This document shows, one piece after another, positions 62,448-64,000 of a stretch of 64,000 nucleotides of DNA (position 1 is its first letter; every line of letters begins with the position of its first letter). The notes below the pieces were generated by a model. It did no database searches. It was not told the origin of the DNA and saw only the letters and a list, made by a program, of their open reading frames with translations. The DNA lies in assembly GCA_030867685.1 (NCBI GenBank), contig JAQOWU010000007.1, forward strand, positions 434,001-498,000, given 5' to 3'. Both the position numbers and the translations under genes were made by a program. Source of the stretch: Wickerhamiella versatilis (lineage: Eukaryota).

Positions 62448-64000
62448 CTACAAGTCACGAATATTTACCATGTCCAGATCTCCTTTCTCCTCCTTAAGAT
62501 TACGGAAAAACCAACCTTCAGATGTTCCATTCCTATCATTGTACACTTGCGAACCCTCGTTCCATTCAAGAGGATCACAGGGTGCTTTCGCTCGAATTTG
62601 CCTAATTCTCTCGATAATCCAACCAGAAGTCACGTCTCCATCAAAGTCTTTGTGGTATCGGTTCTGGGCCCTACCTCTCTGCACACCTTTCGTGTGTAGG
62701 TCACATGACCCTACTTTGAACCTCCAGCCTAAGCATTCGTCAAGGTTTTCGCAAGCTTTGCGACAGTCTGACTTCGAGGCATGAGGCGCAAGGTCATCTC
62801 GATGTTCCTTAATCGTTATATCACCTTCGCCAATATCCCAGCCAGAGCGCGACTCCATGAGGTAAGGCAGAATAAAATCCCTATACCAGTCATACTCAAG
62901 AACCATACCCGGTGACATCATTTGATCCCATTCCCATAGGATTTCTACATCATGAGGGCCAAGAGAATGAAAGCTAATTAGTGGTTCACACCAGGTACTT
63001 CGATACACTTGTGTTCTGTATGGTTGATTTCCTTGAAATGGACTAAAAGGATTTTCATTCAACGGATGGAAATGAGGTAAAAGCTTCTGTTTTTCCCGGA
63101 ATTCCCCAACATCGTGAATTTCAGTATCAAGAGAATCCAACACAGTCGATGTTTCTTCATAAATTATATATCCCATCATGGCATCACCGCAACATTCATC
63201 GTAATACTTATTTAGATAGTGATCAATCATCTCGGCCTTGTCTCGGCCCGCGAACAGAGCATCAGCGAGCCCTCGACTAACAACAACGCCACTACCACCA
63301 TGGCCAAACCATAGACCTGTATCTTGGTAAAATCCTTTAGCAGGGTTTCCCAAATACAGTTTTTCCTTGGGGTCATACTGCTTCAAGAATTCCAAGAGAG
63401 AACCACCCAGCAAATAGCTGTCTGCATCCATGAAAAGGAACCATTCTGTATCATCAGACGCATGCTCGTACGCATGGGCTAGCATAGGAAAATTTTTAAA
63501 CTTATCCATGGCCCAACCTTCATTGGTATCCAGGTCAGCGACGTCCCAACCCCATGCCTCGCTCTGCATCTGCTGCACTAGCTGATGCTGTTTCAAATTC
63601 TCGCTTTTTAACAAATCTGGCGGAAGAGTAGCAAGGATATCAATTACTTCATGACCTCCGATCATTCCCGATTTATCACTATATAGAGCGAACTGAGAAA
63701 AATGAGTTAAAGTGGTCCACAAATGTATCGGTAAACGGTCCCACATAACGTTTCCGCCAGTTTTGATCATAACAAAGGTTTTTGACGCAGATTCATCAGG
63801 ATAGTCAGCCGTGATTGGCCTCGAGATCTCTCCAGGAATAGCTGGCACTCTCCACAGAGGGCCTTCTGGAAGTCTTCGTTGATCACGCCAAATCTCAGCA
63901 CTTTCGAAACGCTTTCGAGTCTCCTCATCGGGAAATGCCCTTGATATAGGAGGCAGGGGTTTTTGATGCTTTCCGTTGGCGTGGCCATCCGGTGGTGGTG
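62448..64000 (-). CDS. GT31 (fringe/galactosyltransferase-like) glycosyltransferase with PAN-like C-terminal module; 5' end outside window
   Basis: MIKTG, GWAMDKFKNFPM, WFLFMDADSY (DxD), FGHGGSG, CCGDAM, WCEPLISFH; frame stays open from 63848 to the window edge (PPPDGHANGK...). Confidence 0.85.
   Translation of the reverse strand, partial: PPPDGHANGKHQKPLPPISRAFPDEETRKRFESAEIWRDQRRLPEGPLWRVPAIPGEISRPITADYPDESASKTFVMIKTGGNVMWDRLPIHLWTTLTHFSQFALYSDKSGMIGGHEVIDILATLPPDLLKSENLKQHQLVQQMQSEAWGWDVADLDTNEGWAMDKFKNFPMLAHAYEHASDDTEWFLFMDADSYLLGGSLLEFLKQYDPKEKLYLGNPAKGFYQDTGLWFGHGGSGVVVSRGLADALFAGRDKAEMIDHYLNKYYDECCGDAMMGYIIYEETSTVLDSLDTEIHDVGEFREKQKLLPHFHPLNENPFSPFQGNQPYRTQVYRSTWCEPLISFHSLGPHDVEILWEWDQMMSPGMVLEYDWYRDFILPYLMESRSGWDIGEGDITIKEHRDDLAPHASKSDCRKACENLDECLGWRFKVGSCDLHTKGVQRGRAQNRYHKDFDGDVTSGWIIERIRQIRAKAPCDPLEWNEGSQVYNDRNGTSEGWFFRNLKEEKGDLDMVNIRDL

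Overview
Gene-dense, nearly intron-free fungal DNA from an ascomycetous (Saccharomycotina) yeast, most likely the Wickerhamiella/Starmerella group. The centrepiece (about 15.9-29.3 kb) is a complete but rearranged sophorolipid-type glycolipid biosynthetic cluster: a CYP52M1-like fatty-acid hydroxylase, tandem UGTA1-like and UGTB1-like glucosyltransferases, an ABCB/MDR exporter and two At-like LbH acetyltransferases. The second acetyltransferase appears to lack the catalytic His, and a beta-ureidopropionase gene sits between the two. To the left is a co-oriented run of a Firmicutes-like glycerol dehydrogenase with a mitochondrial-type presequence, a TAP-like hydrolase, a Zn2Cys6 regulator, a bacterial-like alpha/beta hydrolase and an MFS transporter. 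To the right are a GT71 mannosyltransferase and an acetyl-CoA carboxylase that seems to lack the Snf1 phospho-regulatory loop. Further right are a catabolic block (D-amino acid oxidase, two D-2-hydroxyacid dehydrogenases, pirin, flavin-reductase-like protein, SEO1-like and MFS permeases), an ABCC transporter, a bacterial PptA-like tautomerase, and PRY, PIR and GT31 cell-surface genes. All homology calls come from motif recognition and recalled reference sequences; no database searches were run.
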